A stretch of 64,000 nucleotides of DNA from an uncultured Christensenella sp. (GCA_964541825.1 CAZIRR010000002.1:4727-68726); one strand, 5' to 3'. Positions 15,809 through 26,944 are shown, counted from the stretch's first letter. Translations and numbers: made by a program. Notes: generated by a model not told the origin, from the sequence alone.

Positions 15809-17761
15809 ATGGAAGAAAAGTTTGAATTAGTAAGTAAATATAAGCCTACAGGTGATCAGCCACAAGCAATAGAAAAATTGGTAGAAGGACTGAGTGATGG
15901 TTTGAGATATCAGACATTGCTTGGAGTTACAGGGTCTGGCAAAACTTTTACTATGGCAAATGTTATTGCCAATACCAATAGGCCTACACTTGTTATAGCA
16001 CACAATAAAACTCTTGCTGCACAACTATGCAATGAGTTTAGAGAATTTTTCCCTAATAATAGAGTAGAATATTTTGTATCTTATTATGATTATTATCAAC
16101 CCGAAGCATATATAGTGTCTAGTGATACATATATCGAAAAAGATATGAGTATTAATGATGAAATAGATAAAATGAGACATTCTGCTACTTGTTCTTTGTT
16201 TGAGCGAAGAGATGTAATAGTTGTGGCATCTGTTTCTTGTATATATAGTTTGGGTGCACCAGAAGTATATTCTAGTTCTTGTTTGTCTCTTAGACCTAAT
16301 GAAATTTACAATAAAAAAGACATAGTATCAAGGCTAATAGAATTGCAATACGAAAGAAATGATATAGACTTTAAGCGTGGAACGTTTCGGACCAAGGGCG
16401 ATACCATAGATATTATCCCTCCAAACAAAAGTGAAGTAGGTATAAGGGTAAGTTTCTTTGATGACGAAATAGAAGAGATTGCAGAAATTGAGGTTTTGAC
16501 TGGTAAAAAAATAAATACACTAGAGCATTTGTATTTATTACCTGCAACTCACTATATTATAGAAAAATCTAAGATGGACGCTGTTTTTGAAGAAATAAAA
16601 CACGATTGTTTGGTGCGAGCCAAAGAATTTGAAGAACAGGGCAAACTTATTGAAGCACAGAGAATAAAAGAAAGAGTATTCTACGATTTGGAAATGATGA
16701 AAGAAGTGGGATATTGCAATGGTATAGAAAATTACTCAAGATATTTTGATGGAAGAGTCCCAGGACAAGCTCCATACACTCTTCTTGATTACTTTCCAGA
16801 TGACTTTCTTTTGTTTGTAGATGAAAGCCATATTACTTTGCCACAAGTAAGAGGAATGTTTGCAGGAGATTTAGCGCGAAAACAAAACCTAGTCGACTAT
16901 GGCTTTAGATTGCCATCAGCATATGATAATAGACCACTTAATTTTGATGAATTTGAGCATAAAATTGGTCAAGCAATATTTGTGTCTGCTACTCCTTCCA
17001 AATTTGAATTAGACAATTCTGGACAAATTGTTGAGCAAATAATTAGGCCAACGGGATTATTAGAGCCAACGATAGAAATTAAACCTGTCAAAGACCAGGT
17101 AGATGATTTAATTGGTCAAATTAATTTGACATTGGAGAAAGATGGAAGAGTGTTGGTAACTACACTTACAAAAAAAATGGCAGAGACTTTAACCGATTAT
17201 TTGTCGGAGAAGAAATTTAAAGTAAAATATCTTCATTCTGATATAGATACTCTCGATAGAGTGGAGATAATTAATGGTCTTAGGCGAAAAGATTTCGATG
17301 TGCTTATAGGCATTAATTTGCTTAGAGAAGGATTGGATATTCCCGAAGTTAAGCTTGTAGCAATTTTGGACGCAGACAAAGAAGGTTTTTTGCGAAGTGA
17401 ATGGGCTTTGATACAAACTATAGGTAGAGCTGCTAGAAATAGCGAAAGCAGAGTCATTTTGTATGCCGATGTAATGACTGATAGTATAAATAAAGCAGTT
17501 AAAGAAACTTCAAGACGTAGACAAATTCAGATGCTATACAATAAAGAACATAATATTACACCGCAGACAATAATTAAACCAATTTCAAATTCATTAGAAA
17601 TTACCAAAAAAGCGACTAAAGAGAAAAAGAAATTAAGCAAAATTGAAAAAGAAAAAGAAATATCTAGACTTGAAAATATGATGAGAGAAGCCTCTGATTT
17701 ATTAGATTTTGAGCAAGCAATAGTTATTAGGGAACAAATAAAAAAATTAAAAGGGAAATAA
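15809..17761 (+). CDS. uvrB: excinuclease ABC subunit B
   Basis: [32 protein letters not shown] (Walker A), DESH, C-terminal UVR motif. Start moved to M13 of the track ORF, the typical UvrB N-terminus. Confidence 0.95.
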   Translation: MEEKFELVSKYKPTGDQPQAIEKLVEGLSDGLRYQTLLGVTGSGKTFTMANVIANTNRPTLVIAHNKTLAAQLCNEFREFFPNNRVEYFVSYYDYYQPEAYIVSSDTYIEKDMSINDEIDKMRHSATCSLFERRDVIVVASVSCIYSLGAPEVYSSSCLSLRPNEIYNKKDIVSRLIELQYERNDIDFKRGTFRTKGDTIDIIPPNKSEVGIRVSFFDDEIEEIAEIEVLTGKKINTLEHLYLLPATHYIIEKSKMDAVFEEIKHDCLVRAKEFEEQGKLIEAQRIKERVFYDLEMMKEVGYCNGIENYSRYFDGRVPGQAPYTLLDYFPDDFLLFVDESHITLPQVRGMFAGDLARKQNLVDYGFRLPSAYDNRPLNFDEFEHKIGQAIFVSATPSKFELDNSGQIVEQIIRPTGLLEPTIEIKPVKDQVDDLIGQINLTLEKDGRVLVTTLTKKMAETLTDYLSEKKFKVKYLHSDIDTLDRVEIINGLRRKDFDVLIGINLLREGLDIPEVKLVAILDADKEGFLRSEWALIQTIGRAARNSESRVILYADVMTDSINKAVKETSRRRQIQMLYNKEHNITPQTIIKPISNSLEITKKATKEKKKLSKIEKEKEISRLENMMREASDLLDFEQAIVIREQIKKLKGK

Positions 17762-17762
17762 A

Positions 17763-20585
17763 ATGCTAGAAGATATTGTTATAAAAGGTGCTAGAGAAAA
17801 TAATTTAAAAAATATAAATCTAACTATTCCTAGGAATAAATTGATAGTTTTTACAGGTGTGAGTGGAAGTGGTAAGAGTACACTTGCATTTGATACTATC
17901 TTTGCGGAAGGTCAGAGAAGATATATGGAGAGTTTGTCTTCTTATGCTAGACAATTTTTAGGGCAAATGTCCAAGCCAGATGTAGATAGTATAGATGGTT
18001 TGTCGCCAGCAATATCTATTGACCAAAAAACCACTTCTAACAATCCTCGTAGTACAGTAGGAACAGTGACAGAAATATATGATTATCTTAGACTTCTTTT
18101 CGCACATATTGGTAGGCCGTATTGCCCTCATTGCAAAAAAGAAATTTCCACACAATCGATAGATACAATAGTAGATAAAATAATGGAAATGAGAGACAAA
18201 AAAATTCAGATAATGTCAGCATTTGCAAAGGGCAAAAAGGGTACATTTGCAAAAGAATTAGAAGATTTGCGAAAAGATGGATATGTTAGGGTTAATATAG
18301 ATGGAGAGACGAGAACTCTAGATGAAGATATAAAATTAGAAAAAAACACCCGTCATACTATTTATGTGGTTGTAGATAGGATAATTGTCAAAGATGATAG
18401 TTCTCAAAGAATAACAGAAAGTGTGGAGACGGCTATAAAATTGTCTGGTGGTACAGTTAATGTAGAGTGTGAAGGTGAAAACATTTTATATAGCACTACA
18501 CATTTTTGTGATGAATGTGGCTATTCTTTAGATGAATTATTGCCAAGATTATTTAGTTTCAATAGTCCATTTGGGGCGTGCGAAGACTGCAAAGGCTTGG
18601 GTGTTAAACAGATAATTGATATAGACAAAGTAATCACTAAATATGACCAACCGATTACAAGATGCGGGATAGCCAATATCTCTGGGTGGTCATATGATTC
18701 GGGAATGGCTAGAATGTTTTATAGAGCTGTTGCTCGTAAATTTGGGGTCTCTCCAGATATCGCTGTCAAAGATATGCCAGCAGGTATGCTTGATATGATT
18801 TTGTATGGAACAAAAAAAGAAAAGATAGATATCGACTATGTGCGTATGGGTGAGCAAGTTGTAGGACAGATGGCGTTTGAGGGGATAATCCCAAATGTCG
18901 AGAGGAGATATAGAGAGACGACTAGTGAGTATGCCAAAGAAGAAATAGGCAAACTAATGAAAGAAGAAACTTGTCCAACGTGTAGAGGGAAAAGATTAAA
19001 AGTAGAAGCTTTGAATGTATTTATAATGAAGAAAAATATTATAGATGTTTGCGATATGTCTGTAAAGAATATTATAGAATTTATGGATAATCTACGATTA
19101 AATAAATCTGAAGAAATTATTGCCACACCTATATTAAAAGAAATCAAAAGTAGACTTGCTTTCCTAAAAGATGTGGGGCTAGATTATTTGACCCTATCTA
19201 GAATGGCTGGAACTCTAAGTGGTGGAGAATCTCAGAGAATTAGGCTTGCAACTCAGATAGGGAGTGGGCTTACTGGGGTAATATATATTTTGGACGAGCC
19301 TAGTATAGGGCTTCACCAAAGAGATAATGACAAGCTCCTTGAAACCCTTAAACATTTGAGAGATTTGGGTAATACTGTAATAGTTGTTGAACACGATGAA
19401 GATACTATGAGAATTGCTGACTTTATTGTAGATATTGGTAAATACGCAGGGGTTAATGGCGGAAAAGTGGTGGTTTGTGGCAGTTTGCAAGATGTTGTTA
19501 ATTGTGAAGAAAGTCTGACAGGTCAATATCTAAGTGGTAAAAGAAAGATAGAAGTTCCACTAACTAGACGACAACAAAACAAAGGCTATTTAGAGATAAA
19601 AGGCTGTACTCATCACAATCTAAAGAATGTTAATCTTAAAATTCCTCTAGGTGTAATGACTGTTGTTACGGGAGTGAGTGGAAGTGGTAAGAGTAGTCTT
19701 ATTAATGAAACACTGTATCCTATTGTGTATAACAAAATAAATAAATCTGATATGGAAGAGGGCAAACACAAAGGAGTGAGTGGGCTAGAAAGTATTGACA
19801 AAGTAATAAATATAGACCAAAGCCCTATAGGCAAAACTCCTAGGAGTAATCCTGCAACCTATACAAATGTATTTACTGATATTCGTAAACTTTTTTCTGA
19901 GACTAATAGTGCAAAAGAGAGAGGGTATAATAGTGGAAGATTTAGTTTTAATATGAGTGGAGGTAGATGCGAAAGTTGTGGAGGGGCAGGAATTAAAAAA
20001 ATCGAAATGTTCTTTTTGCCCGATGTTTATGTAACGTGTGACGTTTGTCATGGTAAGAGATACAATAGAGAAACATTAGAAGTAAAATTCAAAGGTAAGA
20101 GTATCTATGATGTGCTTGATATAACTATATCTGAAGCAAATGAATTTTTTGAAAATTTGCCACGAATAAAAAATAAAATTCAGACACTTGTAGATGTCGG
20201 ACTGGGATATATCAAATTGGGACAACCAGCAACAGAACTTAGTGGTGGTGAGGCACAACGTGTAAAACTAGCTACCGAATTGAGCAAACGTAGTACTGGT
20301 AAATCGCTATATATTTTAGATGAGCCTACTACAGGTCTGCATTTGTACGACATACAAAAATTATTAACTATACTCAATAGGTTGGTTGATAATGGCAATA
20401 CAGTTGTTGTAATTGAGCATAATTTAGATGTGATTAAATGTGCTGATTATATTATTGATGTAGGAATGGAAGGCGGAGATAATGGCGGGAACATAATTGC
20501 CACAGGTACTCCAGAAGAAATAGTAAAGAAAAATATTGGATATACAGCTAAGTATCTAAAAGATAAATTGAATTCAAAAAATTAA
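17763..20585 (+). CDS. uvrA: excinuclease ABC subunit A
   Basis: Two ABC modules (GVSGSGKSTLAFDT, GVSGSGKSSLINET, two LSGGE signatures) and zinc-finger cysteines. Starts 1 nt after the uvrB stop. Confidence 0.95.
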   Translation: MLEDIVIKGARENNLKNINLTIPRNKLIVFTGVSGSGKSTLAFDTIFAEGQRRYMESLSSYARQFLGQMSKPDVDSIDGLSPAISIDQKTTSNNPRSTVGTVTEIYDYLRLLFAHIGRPYCPHCKKEISTQSIDTIVDKIMEMRDKKIQIMSAFAKGKKGTFAKELEDLRKDGYVRVNIDGETRTLDEDIKLEKNTRHTIYVVVDRIIVKDDSSQRITESVETAIKLSGGTVNVECEGENILYSTTHFCDECGYSLDELLPRLFSFNSPFGACEDCKGLGVKQIIDIDKVITKYDQPITRCGIANISGWSYDSGMARMFYRAVARKFGVSPDIAVKDMPAGMLDMILYGTKKEKIDIDYVRMGEQVVGQMAFEGIIPNVERRYRETTSEYAKEEIGKLMKEETCPTCRGKRLKVEALNVFIMKKNIIDVCDMSVKNIIEFMDNLRLNKSEEIIATPILKEIKSRLAFLKDVGLDYLTLSRMAGTLSGGESQRIRLATQIGSGLTGVIYILDEPSIGLHQRDNDKLLETLKHLRDLGNTVIVVEHDEDTMRIADFIVDIGKYAGVNGGKVVVCGSLQDVVNCEESLTGQYLSGKRKIEVPLTRRQQNKGYLEIKGCTHHNLKNVNLKIPLGVMTVVTGVSGSGKSSLINETLYPIVYNKINKSDMEEGKHKGVSGLESIDKVINIDQSPIGKTPRSNPATYTNVFTDIRKLFSETNSAKERGYNSGRFSFNMSGGRCESCGGAGIKKIEMFFLPDVYVTCDVCHGKRYNRETLEVKFKGKSIYDVLDITISEANEFFENLPRIKNKIQTLVDVGLGYIKLGQPATELSGGEAQRVKLATELSKRSTGKSLYILDEPTTGLHLYDIQKLLTILNRLVDNGNTVVVIEHNLDVIKCADYIIDVGMEGGDNGGNIIATGTPEEIVKKNIGYTAKYLKDKLNSKN

Positions 20586-20679
20586 GTATTTAATTTGACT
20601 AGAATTATTTGTTAATTCAAATTAATTATTAAATCTTACTAAAATAGTTGATTAAATTTAACTAAAAGATAATATAAAA

Positions 20680-20714
20680 AATAGTTACTATAAGATTTGT
20701 AGTAACTATTTTTT
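20680..20714 (+). terminator. rho-independent terminator of uvrBA
   Basis: ATAGTTACTA / TAGTAACTAT stem followed by T5. Confidence 0.7.
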
Positions 20715-20768
20715 GTGTGTAATTGGAGATGATAACTATGCATTGAAAATTTTCAAATGTGTATATTT

Positions 20769-21158
20769 TTACAAGATATTGTGTATATTAAATCCCATTA
20801 TATGGTAGCTCTTTGTAGAGTATTCTTTTAGTAATGACAATTCGCATATGGCATTGTCGTAGTCATTATTTTTTGTATAAGGCAAAAGCCTATTTATGCT
20901 ATCTGTAATGGTGCTTAAATCTCGATGGTTAAAAATGTAGCATAACCAATCTTCTTGTCTTTCCCAATATTCTTTTAGGTCGCCAAGTTCATCATAGAAT
21001 ATTGTGATATCGCCACTGTTTTTCTCATATCGAATGTTTAGGTCAGTTATAATGTCTTCCATTGATGTAAGTGTTGTTCTAACTTTGGTCACTTCCCATA
21101 TCCCCAAAGCAATAGTTAATAGGGATATTGCTATAACCATAATTGCTTTTCTCACCAT
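20769..21158 (-). CDS. DUF4363-like small membrane-anchored protein
   Basis: N-terminal TM plus a helical domain. Commonly paired with a DUF421 gene; overlaps that gene's stop by 7 nt. Confidence 0.55.
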   Translation of the reverse strand: MVRKAIMVIAISLLTIALGIWEVTKVRTTLTSMEDIITDLNIRYEKNSGDITIFYDELGDLKEYWERQEDWLCYIFNHRDLSTITDSINRLLPYTKNNDYDNAICELSLLKEYSTKSYHIMGFNIHNIL

Positions 21159-21871
21159 ACACCTCCAGAATAATTAGTGTCAATAGTTTGAAATTTTCCC
21201 TTTTTGCCTTGTACATAAATTTTGCCTTCGTTATTAAAGGTTAATATGAGAATGTCTTTTAGCGAGGTAAAACCAACTGTTTTAAGATTATCTAATAAAA
21301 ATTTTTCATCAATTTTTGCAAGTTTAAGATTTTCGTTCATAATTTTGCCTTTTGATACTATTATCATTGGCAGTGTTGCAGGGTCTTTTTCTAGATGGAT
21401 ATCGTTTGCTGTAAGTGGGGCGTACGGCGCCCTGTTTACTACCGTCATAGTTCCATTGGTTTGAAGTATTACATATAGCAATTCTTCTAGATTGAAATAT
21501 CCTGCCGAATGTAAGCCTTCAAGTAGGTCATTGAAATTCATATTTACTTTTCGTAAATTGTCATAAATAATGCCATTGCCATCTAGCAAAATTACCGGTT
21601 TGCCACTAAAAAGTCTTCTAAAAGTAACACTTTTGCGAGATAGCCAACAAATAAGGAAATGAATACACCCAAGAGTAATAAGAGGGATTACTCCTTGGAT
21701 TAATGGTAGTGCAGTTTCAGCCATTGGAATTGTGGCTAGGTCTGCTATTATTAGTGTGATAACTAATTCAAATGGTTGCATTTCCCCAATTTGTCTTTTG
21801 CCCATAATTCTTATTAAAAATAATATTAGAGTGTACAAAATTACACTTCTACAAATCAATGTAAATATCAT
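21152..21871 (-). CDS. DUF421/YetF-family membrane protein
   Basis: IRIMGKRQIGEMQPFELVITLIIADLA is the YetF-family signature. Track ORF (to 22138) trimmed to the ATG at 21871, which has an AGGAA SD; the longer form would overlap the divergent gene. Confidence 0.7.
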   Translation of the reverse strand: MIFTLICRSVILYTLILFLIRIMGKRQIGEMQPFELVITLIIADLATIPMAETALPLIQGVIPLITLGCIHFLICWLSRKSVTFRRLFSGKPVILLDGNGIIYDNLRKVNMNFNDLLEGLHSAGYFNLEELLYVILQTNGTMTVVNRAPYAPLTANDIHLEKDPATLPMIIVSKGKIMNENLKLAKIDEKFLLDNLKTVGFTSLKDILILTFNNEGKIYVQGKKGKFQTIDTNYSGGVW

Positions 21872-21959
21872 ATTTTGATAATTTCCTAAGTTAATTGATT
21901 TTATACAATTGATATTTAAAAAATAGATTTTTTGTGCAAGATGTGATAATATATATTTG

Positions 21960-23285
21960 ATGAAAGCTAAAATTGATAGATTAGGAATGAATGGCGAAGG
22001 GATATTTAATATATTAGATGGTGTAGATAAAGGCAAAGTTGCTTTTGTCGATTTTGCTTTGCCAGGAGAAGAAGTTGAGTGTGAGATTATCAAAAATAAC
22101 TCTAAATATTGCAAATGTAAATTGATTAGTGTAGACAATAAATGTGTAGATAGGGTTGAGCCTAAATGTAAATATTTTTATATTTGCGGCGGTTGTGACT
22201 TGTTGCATATGAGTGATGACTTACAAATGTCTTTCAAGAAGAAAAAAATTTTAGATGTAATAAGTAAAATAGATAATAATATAAAAGATATAAAGATAGT
22301 GGGGGAAAATAACTTTCATTATAGAAACAAGATGGTTTTCCCTTTTGAATATCGAGACAATGGGATAATACTTGGAATGTTTGAGAAAAATTCTCACAAT
22401 GTTGTATCTATAGACAAATGCCTTTTGGCATCGAATAATATAAATAAATTGTTTCAATTGTCAAAAGAATATTTCTTCAAAGAAAGTCGAAAATTTTTAG
22501 AACTTAAAAATTGGTTGAGGTTGAAATATCTCGTTGTAAGAGAAATAAATAATTCCTATCTTGTATCCATAGTTGTAAATAAAAATTATGACTTTGTTGA
22601 TTATTATAATGTCCTTGCAAACAAATTTAAAGATGTGGGCTTGTCAATAGTTGTAGGAGTAAACGACCAAGAAATTTTGTCTGGTAAATATCGTCACCTT
22701 TACGGGGAAAAGACTATAGATATAAATGAATTTGGCATTGATTACAATATTGATATTATGTCATTTATGCAAGTTAATAATGATATAAAAAAAGAATTGT
22801 ATCAAGCTGTTTTGGATAATGTAAATGCAGACGATGTGGTGATAGATGCTTATAGTGGTGCAGGGCTGATGTCTGGAATTGTTGCAAAGAAATGCAAGCA
22901 AGTTGTAGGGATAGAAATTAATAAATTTGCTCATAATTTATCTAAAGAATTGGCACAATCAAATAACCTCGTTAATCTAATAAATATTTGTGGCAATGTT
23001 GACTTTTTGCTTGAAAAATGTTGCAAAAAATATAATCCAAATACGATAATATTAGATCCTGCTCGTGGCGGGTGCGGTAAAGAAATTGTTGAGTTTTTGT
23101 CAAATAATAATAAGTATTTGCCAGAAACTATTATTTACGTGTCGTGTAATCTTGCAACTCTTAAAAGAGATTTAATGGAAATAAAAAATAATTATTCAAT
23201 AAAAAGTGTTTGCGGGTTTAATATGTTTCCACAAACAAAACATATAGAGACACTCGTTTGCTTGCAAAGACGAGAAAATAATTAG
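21960..23285 (+). CDS. 23S rRNA (uracil-5)-methyltransferase, RumA/RlmD family (TRAM domain, Fe-S cysteines, SAM MTase)
   Basis: TRAM-like N-terminus, CKYFYICGGCDLLHM cluster, DAYSGAGL SAM motif, IYVSCN and catalytic Cys region. Confidence 0.8.
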   Translation: MKAKIDRLGMNGEGIFNILDGVDKGKVAFVDFALPGEEVECEIIKNNSKYCKCKLISVDNKCVDRVEPKCKYFYICGGCDLLHMSDDLQMSFKKKKILDVISKIDNNIKDIKIVGENNFHYRNKMVFPFEYRDNGIILGMFEKNSHNVVSIDKCLLASNNINKLFQLSKEYFFKESRKFLELKNWLRLKYLVVREINNSYLVSIVVNKNYDFVDYYNVLANKFKDVGLSIVVGVNDQEILSGKYRHLYGEKTIDINEFGIDYNIDIMSFMQVNNDIKKELYQAVLDNVNADDVVIDAYSGAGLMSGIVAKKCKQVVGIEINKFAHNLSKELAQSNNLVNLINICGNVDFLLEKCCKKYNPNTIILDPARGGCGKEIVEFLSNNNKYLPETIIYVSCNLATLKRDLMEIKNNYSIKSVCGFNMFPQTKHIETLVCLQRRENN

Positions 23286-23296
23286 GGAGTAATCAA

Positions 23297-24265
23297 ATGA
23301 AAAAAATAAATTTTGCTGTAAGTATAGGGAGTAATATGACATCTATCTACAAAGCTGGAGTGGGTGTTGTTTTGCACGATAGGTCGGTAATTGTGACTGG
23401 AATAAAAGGTAAACACGAAGTTGCTATTAGTGTGGGTGAAGATGCTTTTACTTCTGGTATGGAGTATAGAAAAGTGGTAGAGAATGGGAATATTGACTTT
23501 TCTCTAGCAGAACTTATGCTCGGAGAGTATTTCAAAAAAGTAGAAATAACCAAAAAAGATGGAGTGCTATTTTTGGTATCTCTAGATGATATGTCGCTTG
23601 CAAGCGAATTCAAAAATCTAGCATACGCTCTAGGTATCAATTATGTGCAAGTAATTCCTCATATAGTATCTTCTGCATATGGCTTTGAAATTGAGAAATA
23701 CAGAAAGTCTTTTTTGATAGTAGATATCGGAGTAACTACAGAAGTTGCAATTATTAATAATGGGAGAATACTTGCAGGTGCTACAGTATATAATGGTGGT
23801 GGAAATATTGATAAAAAAATTGCAAGATATATCTACGAAGAAAAAGGTATAGAACTTAGTAGAGAGAGTGCAGAAAGAGTTAAAAATGAAATTGCCAGTC
23901 TTTATCCTAATGACATTAGATCCATTGATATCGACGGATTTATAAAAGACACAACAGAGTACTCTACAGTAACTATAAATAGTTCAGATATTTTTGGATT
24001 GGTTATAGAAGAGTATTCCAATATTGCCAGCGCAATAGTCCAAATATTATCCACTCTAGATAGTGAAGTTAATCAAGATATAAAGAGGCACGGAATATAT
24101 TTGTGTGGTGCTTCAAGCAAAATTGCAGGTCTTGAGAAATTCTTGAAAGTAAAATTAAACCTAAATAGTTATTTGTATAAACCAGATGCTATTACAATGA
24201 TAGGTGCGGGACAAATATTAGATGACCCAGATAATATTCAAAAAATAGTTTTAGAAAATCAATAA
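23297..24265 (+). CDS. divergent MreB/Mbl-family actin-like protein
   Basis: Actin-fold landmarks: IVDIGVTTEVAII (phosphate-2), YLCGASSKIAGLEKFL (adenosine). The phosphate-1 motif is degenerate (AVSIGSNMTS instead of GIDLGTANT). Confidence 0.65.
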   Translation: MKKINFAVSIGSNMTSIYKAGVGVVLHDRSVIVTGIKGKHEVAISVGEDAFTSGMEYRKVVENGNIDFSLAELMLGEYFKKVEITKKDGVLFLVSLDDMSLASEFKNLAYALGINYVQVIPHIVSSAYGFEIEKYRKSFLIVDIGVTTEVAIINNGRILAGATVYNGGGNIDKKIARYIYEEKGIELSRESAERVKNEIASLYPNDIRSIDIDGFIKDTTEYSTVTINSSDIFGLVIEEYSNIASAIVQILSTLDSEVNQDIKRHGIYLCGASSKIAGLEKFLKVKLNLNSYLYKPDAITMIGAGQILDDPDNIQKIVLENQ

Positions 24266-24318
24266 TTGTCATTTTGCAAAAAATTATATAATTATTTGTC
24301 AAAATAGAAATTAAAAAT

Positions 24319-24352
24319 AGTAAAGGGAAATTTGAAACCTTTACTTTTTTTT
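24319..24352 (+). terminator. rho-independent terminator between the mreB-like gene and minD
   Basis: AGTAAAGG / CCTTTACT stem followed by T8. Confidence 0.65.
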
Positions 24353-24400
24353 GTATTTATATTTTACTTAAAATATATTATAAATTTCAATGGGGTGAAG

Positions 24401-25183
24401 ATGGCTAGAAAGATAGTAATCACAAGTGGTAAAGGTGGTGTAGGCAAAACCACATTGGTATGTGGCTTGGGAACAACTCTTGCTCATTTTGGATACAAAA
24501 CATTGTTGGTGGATATGGATTTTGGACTAAATAATTTAGATGTTTTGATGGGGGTGGAAAACAAAATTGTATATGATATTATAGATGTTATAGAAAATAA
24601 GTGTTCACCAAAATCTGCACTTATTCAAAATTTTAATGAAGAAAATTTGTATATTTTGCCGAGTACGCATAGTTTTTGCAAAGTTAAATTTGGAAGTAGA
24701 GAATTGGTAGAAATTATTAAGAATGTCGAATATCTCTTTGATTATATTTTGATAGATTGTCCTGCGGGGATTGATGGGGGATTTAGACGAGCGATCGGTA
24801 GTGGTGATGAATATATAGTAGTTACAACTCCTCATCTATCTGCTGTCCGTGATGCGGATAAAGTAATAAATCATCTAAATGGAAAACCAAAATTGATAAT
24901 TAATAGAGCGAGAGGTGATTTGATTTTGGATATGAAAATGTTGGCAATAGATGATATAAAAAATTCCTTGAATGCAGATTTGTTGGGTGTAATTCCTGAA
25001 GATGATTATGTAGCATTGCAATCATTGGAGGGGAGTGAATTTGATAATAAATCACAAATACAAAAATCTCTAAATATGATTGTTGCCTGTTTGACACAGG
25101 GTAAACGCGAAATATATGATTGTACATCTAAATATAGAGGTTTTCTAGGCGAGATTAAGAGAAAATTGAGGACTAAAATATGA
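24401..25183 (+). CDS. minD: septum site-determining ATPase MinD
   Basis: MARKIVITSGKGGVGKTT deviant Walker A, DMDFGLNNLD, C-terminal amphipathic helix. Start moved to the ATG with a GGGGTGAAG SD, because the track start lies inside the terminator. Confidence 0.9.
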   Translation: MARKIVITSGKGGVGKTTLVCGLGTTLAHFGYKTLLVDMDFGLNNLDVLMGVENKIVYDIIDVIENKCSPKSALIQNFNEENLYILPSTHSFCKVKFGSRELVEIIKNVEYLFDYILIDCPAGIDGGFRRAIGSGDEYIVVTTPHLSAVRDADKVINHLNGKPKLIINRARGDLILDMKMLAIDDIKNSLNADLLGVIPEDDYVALQSLEGSEFDNKSQIQKSLNMIVACLTQGKREIYDCTSKYRGFLGEIKRKLRTKI

Positions 25184-25416
25184 ATGAATTAATTAAAATG
25201 GATAGGCTAAAAAACATAATATCGTCAGATAGACAAGAAAACCCGCTAAAAATAGAAAAATTATTAAAAGCAGAGATGTTGAATTTGCTTAGGAATTACT
25301 TTGATATTAGCCAAGATGATTTATCGCTAAGTATTCTTATTAATAAAGATGGGAAATATGATATACAAATAAATTTTTTGTCAAATAAATGTATAATAGC
25401 AAATGTCTTTGCATAA
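25180..25416 (+). CDS. minE: cell division topological specificity factor MinE
   Basis: 78 aa, ATGA overlap with minD. Pattern LKAEMLNLLRNYFDIS...DIQINF is typical of MinE. Confidence 0.75.
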   Translation: MNELIKMDRLKNIISSDRQENPLKIEKLLKAEMLNLLRNYFDISQDDLSLSILINKDGKYDIQINFLSNKCIIANVFA

Positions 25417-26050
25417 TTGTATGTGGACAAGCATATTATGTGATATGGAAAGAAGAGTTAAAATTTTGAGTGTGAGCAAAAATGAGATAATAATAAAACA
25501 GAGAAAAACTAAAAAGAATTATTTGGTCTTTCTCTGTGCATTTGTATGTTTATTTGTTGCTTGCTTTGTTATTAATAATGATTTACTTTCTCAATTGAGA
25601 GAAAGTATGATTCGTGTTTACAATCCTGTAAGCTCTCTTTATAATGATAATAGTGAGACAATTTTTACAAGTGGCAGTATTTATGACAAAGATAGTGCAA
25701 ATGTGACTCTTCCTGTTAAAAGTGCCAAATATGAAATTTTGAGTGATGGGACCATAGAGTTTACTATTGGGAATTCTATAATTATAATGGCGTGTGATGG
25801 AGGCAAGATAGAAAAAATTGGAAAGACTCTTGATGGCTGTAAATATATCGAAATATTGCATAAATCTGGTTTGACATCGGTAATATCCAATATAGAAATA
25901 GTGGGTGTTGGTGAAGGAGATATTGTTAAATCTGGACAAGATATCGCTACTGCAAAAATTGGAAGCAAAGTTCAATTGTCTTTATTTTTAAATAATGTAC
26001 AAATTACAAATTTAAAAATTTCAAAAAGTAAAATAATATGGGAAAATTAA
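25403..26050 (+). CDS. spoIVFA: SpoIVFA-like protein (TM plus degenerate LytM/M23 domain)
   Basis: Single TM (YLVFLCAFVCLFVACFVI). C-terminal M23-like beta domain (GKIEKIG...YIEILHKSGLTSVISNIE..GDIVKSGQDIA) lacks the HxH metal site. Lies between minDE and spoIVFB as in Bacillus. Start uncertain. Confidence 0.6.
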   Translation: MSLHNCMWTSILCDMERRVKILSVSKNEIIIKQRKTKKNYLVFLCAFVCLFVACFVINNDLLSQLRESMIRVYNPVSSLYNDNSETIFTSGSIYDKDSANVTLPVKSAKYEILSDGTIEFTIGNSIIIMACDGGKIEKIGKTLDGCKYIEILHKSGLTSVISNIEIVGVGEGDIVKSGQDIATAKIGSKVQLSLFLNNVQITNLKISKSKIIWEN

Positions 26051-26820
26051 AAATAAAATTTCAGCCATTATTTGCTTTGTATTGTTTTGTTTGTATATAT
26101 TTCAATTGGTTTAATAAAATATTTTTTTATGTGCTGACTGTTACTTTGCATGAGTATGGACATTATTTAGTAGCAAATCATTATGGCTATAAGATAGATA
26201 GTTTAATATATTCTCTAAGTGGTGCGGGAATTACAACAAATGACGAATTTGCAATAAAAGATGAAATAAAAATAGCTATTGCGGGACCTTTGGTAAATAT
26301 TATATTAATATTGCTCATTATATGTATGTGGTGGATATTTCCAATGTCTTATTTATACACCTATGATTTTTTGATATGTAATATTGTTGTATTAATATTT
26401 AATCTTATGCCAATATATCCTCTAGATGGTGGAAGAATTATAATGGCAATTGCGGTAAGCAAAAATTGTGCAAAAAGTAAATTTATAAAGAAAAATAGAT
26501 TGTTTTGTATGATTGTATCTATTGTTTTTTTTGGACTATTTCTAATATCGATTTTTTATCAAATTAACTTGAATTTATTGATAACAGCTATATTTCTAGC
26601 AATTAATTCGATAGTTTGCGAAAGAAATAAATATTATGACAAAGTACACACATTAAACAAAAAAATAAGTAAAACACCTCTAGAAGTTAAAGTTTTTAGA
26701 GTGAGCGAAAATAACGAAAAAAATTTAATAAAATATATAAACAAAAATTATATTTCTGTTTTTGAAAATGAAAAAGATGGCAAGGTCTACACTATAAAAG
26801 AAGAAGATTTATTAAAATAA
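26038..26820 (+). CDS. spoIVFB: site-2 metalloprotease SpoIVFB (pro-sigma-K processing)
   Basis: HEYGHY (HExxH) in a TM helix, NLMPIYPLDGGRI (NxxPxxxLDG), short C-terminal CBS-like region. Synteny with spoIVFA. Confidence 0.8.
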   Translation: MGKLKIKFQPLFALYCFVCIYFNWFNKIFFYVLTVTLHEYGHYLVANHYGYKIDSLIYSLSGAGITTNDEFAIKDEIKIAIAGPLVNIILILLIICMWWIFPMSYLYTYDFLICNIVVLIFNLMPIYPLDGGRIIMAIAVSKNCAKSKFIKKNRLFCMIVSIVFFGLFLISIFYQINLNLLITAIFLAINSIVCERNKYYDKVHTLNKKISKTPLEVKVFRVSENNEKNLIKYINKNYISVFENEKDGKVYTIKEEDLLK

Positions 26821-26944
26821 AAATTGATAGACCCTAGTGTGCTTGAAGCTAATTATATATTTATTTGATAGAAAAATTGATTGAATTTTGTATGAAATAA
26901 TTATATAATAAATATATAATTAAATTTTACCAAAAGGTCTACGA

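Noticed and set aside
21872-22138. 89-codon N-terminal extension of the DUF421 ORF
   Set aside because: The extension overlaps the divergent methyltransferase gene and its promoter region. The conserved YetF-family sequence begins at the internal ATG (21871), which has an AGGAA SD.
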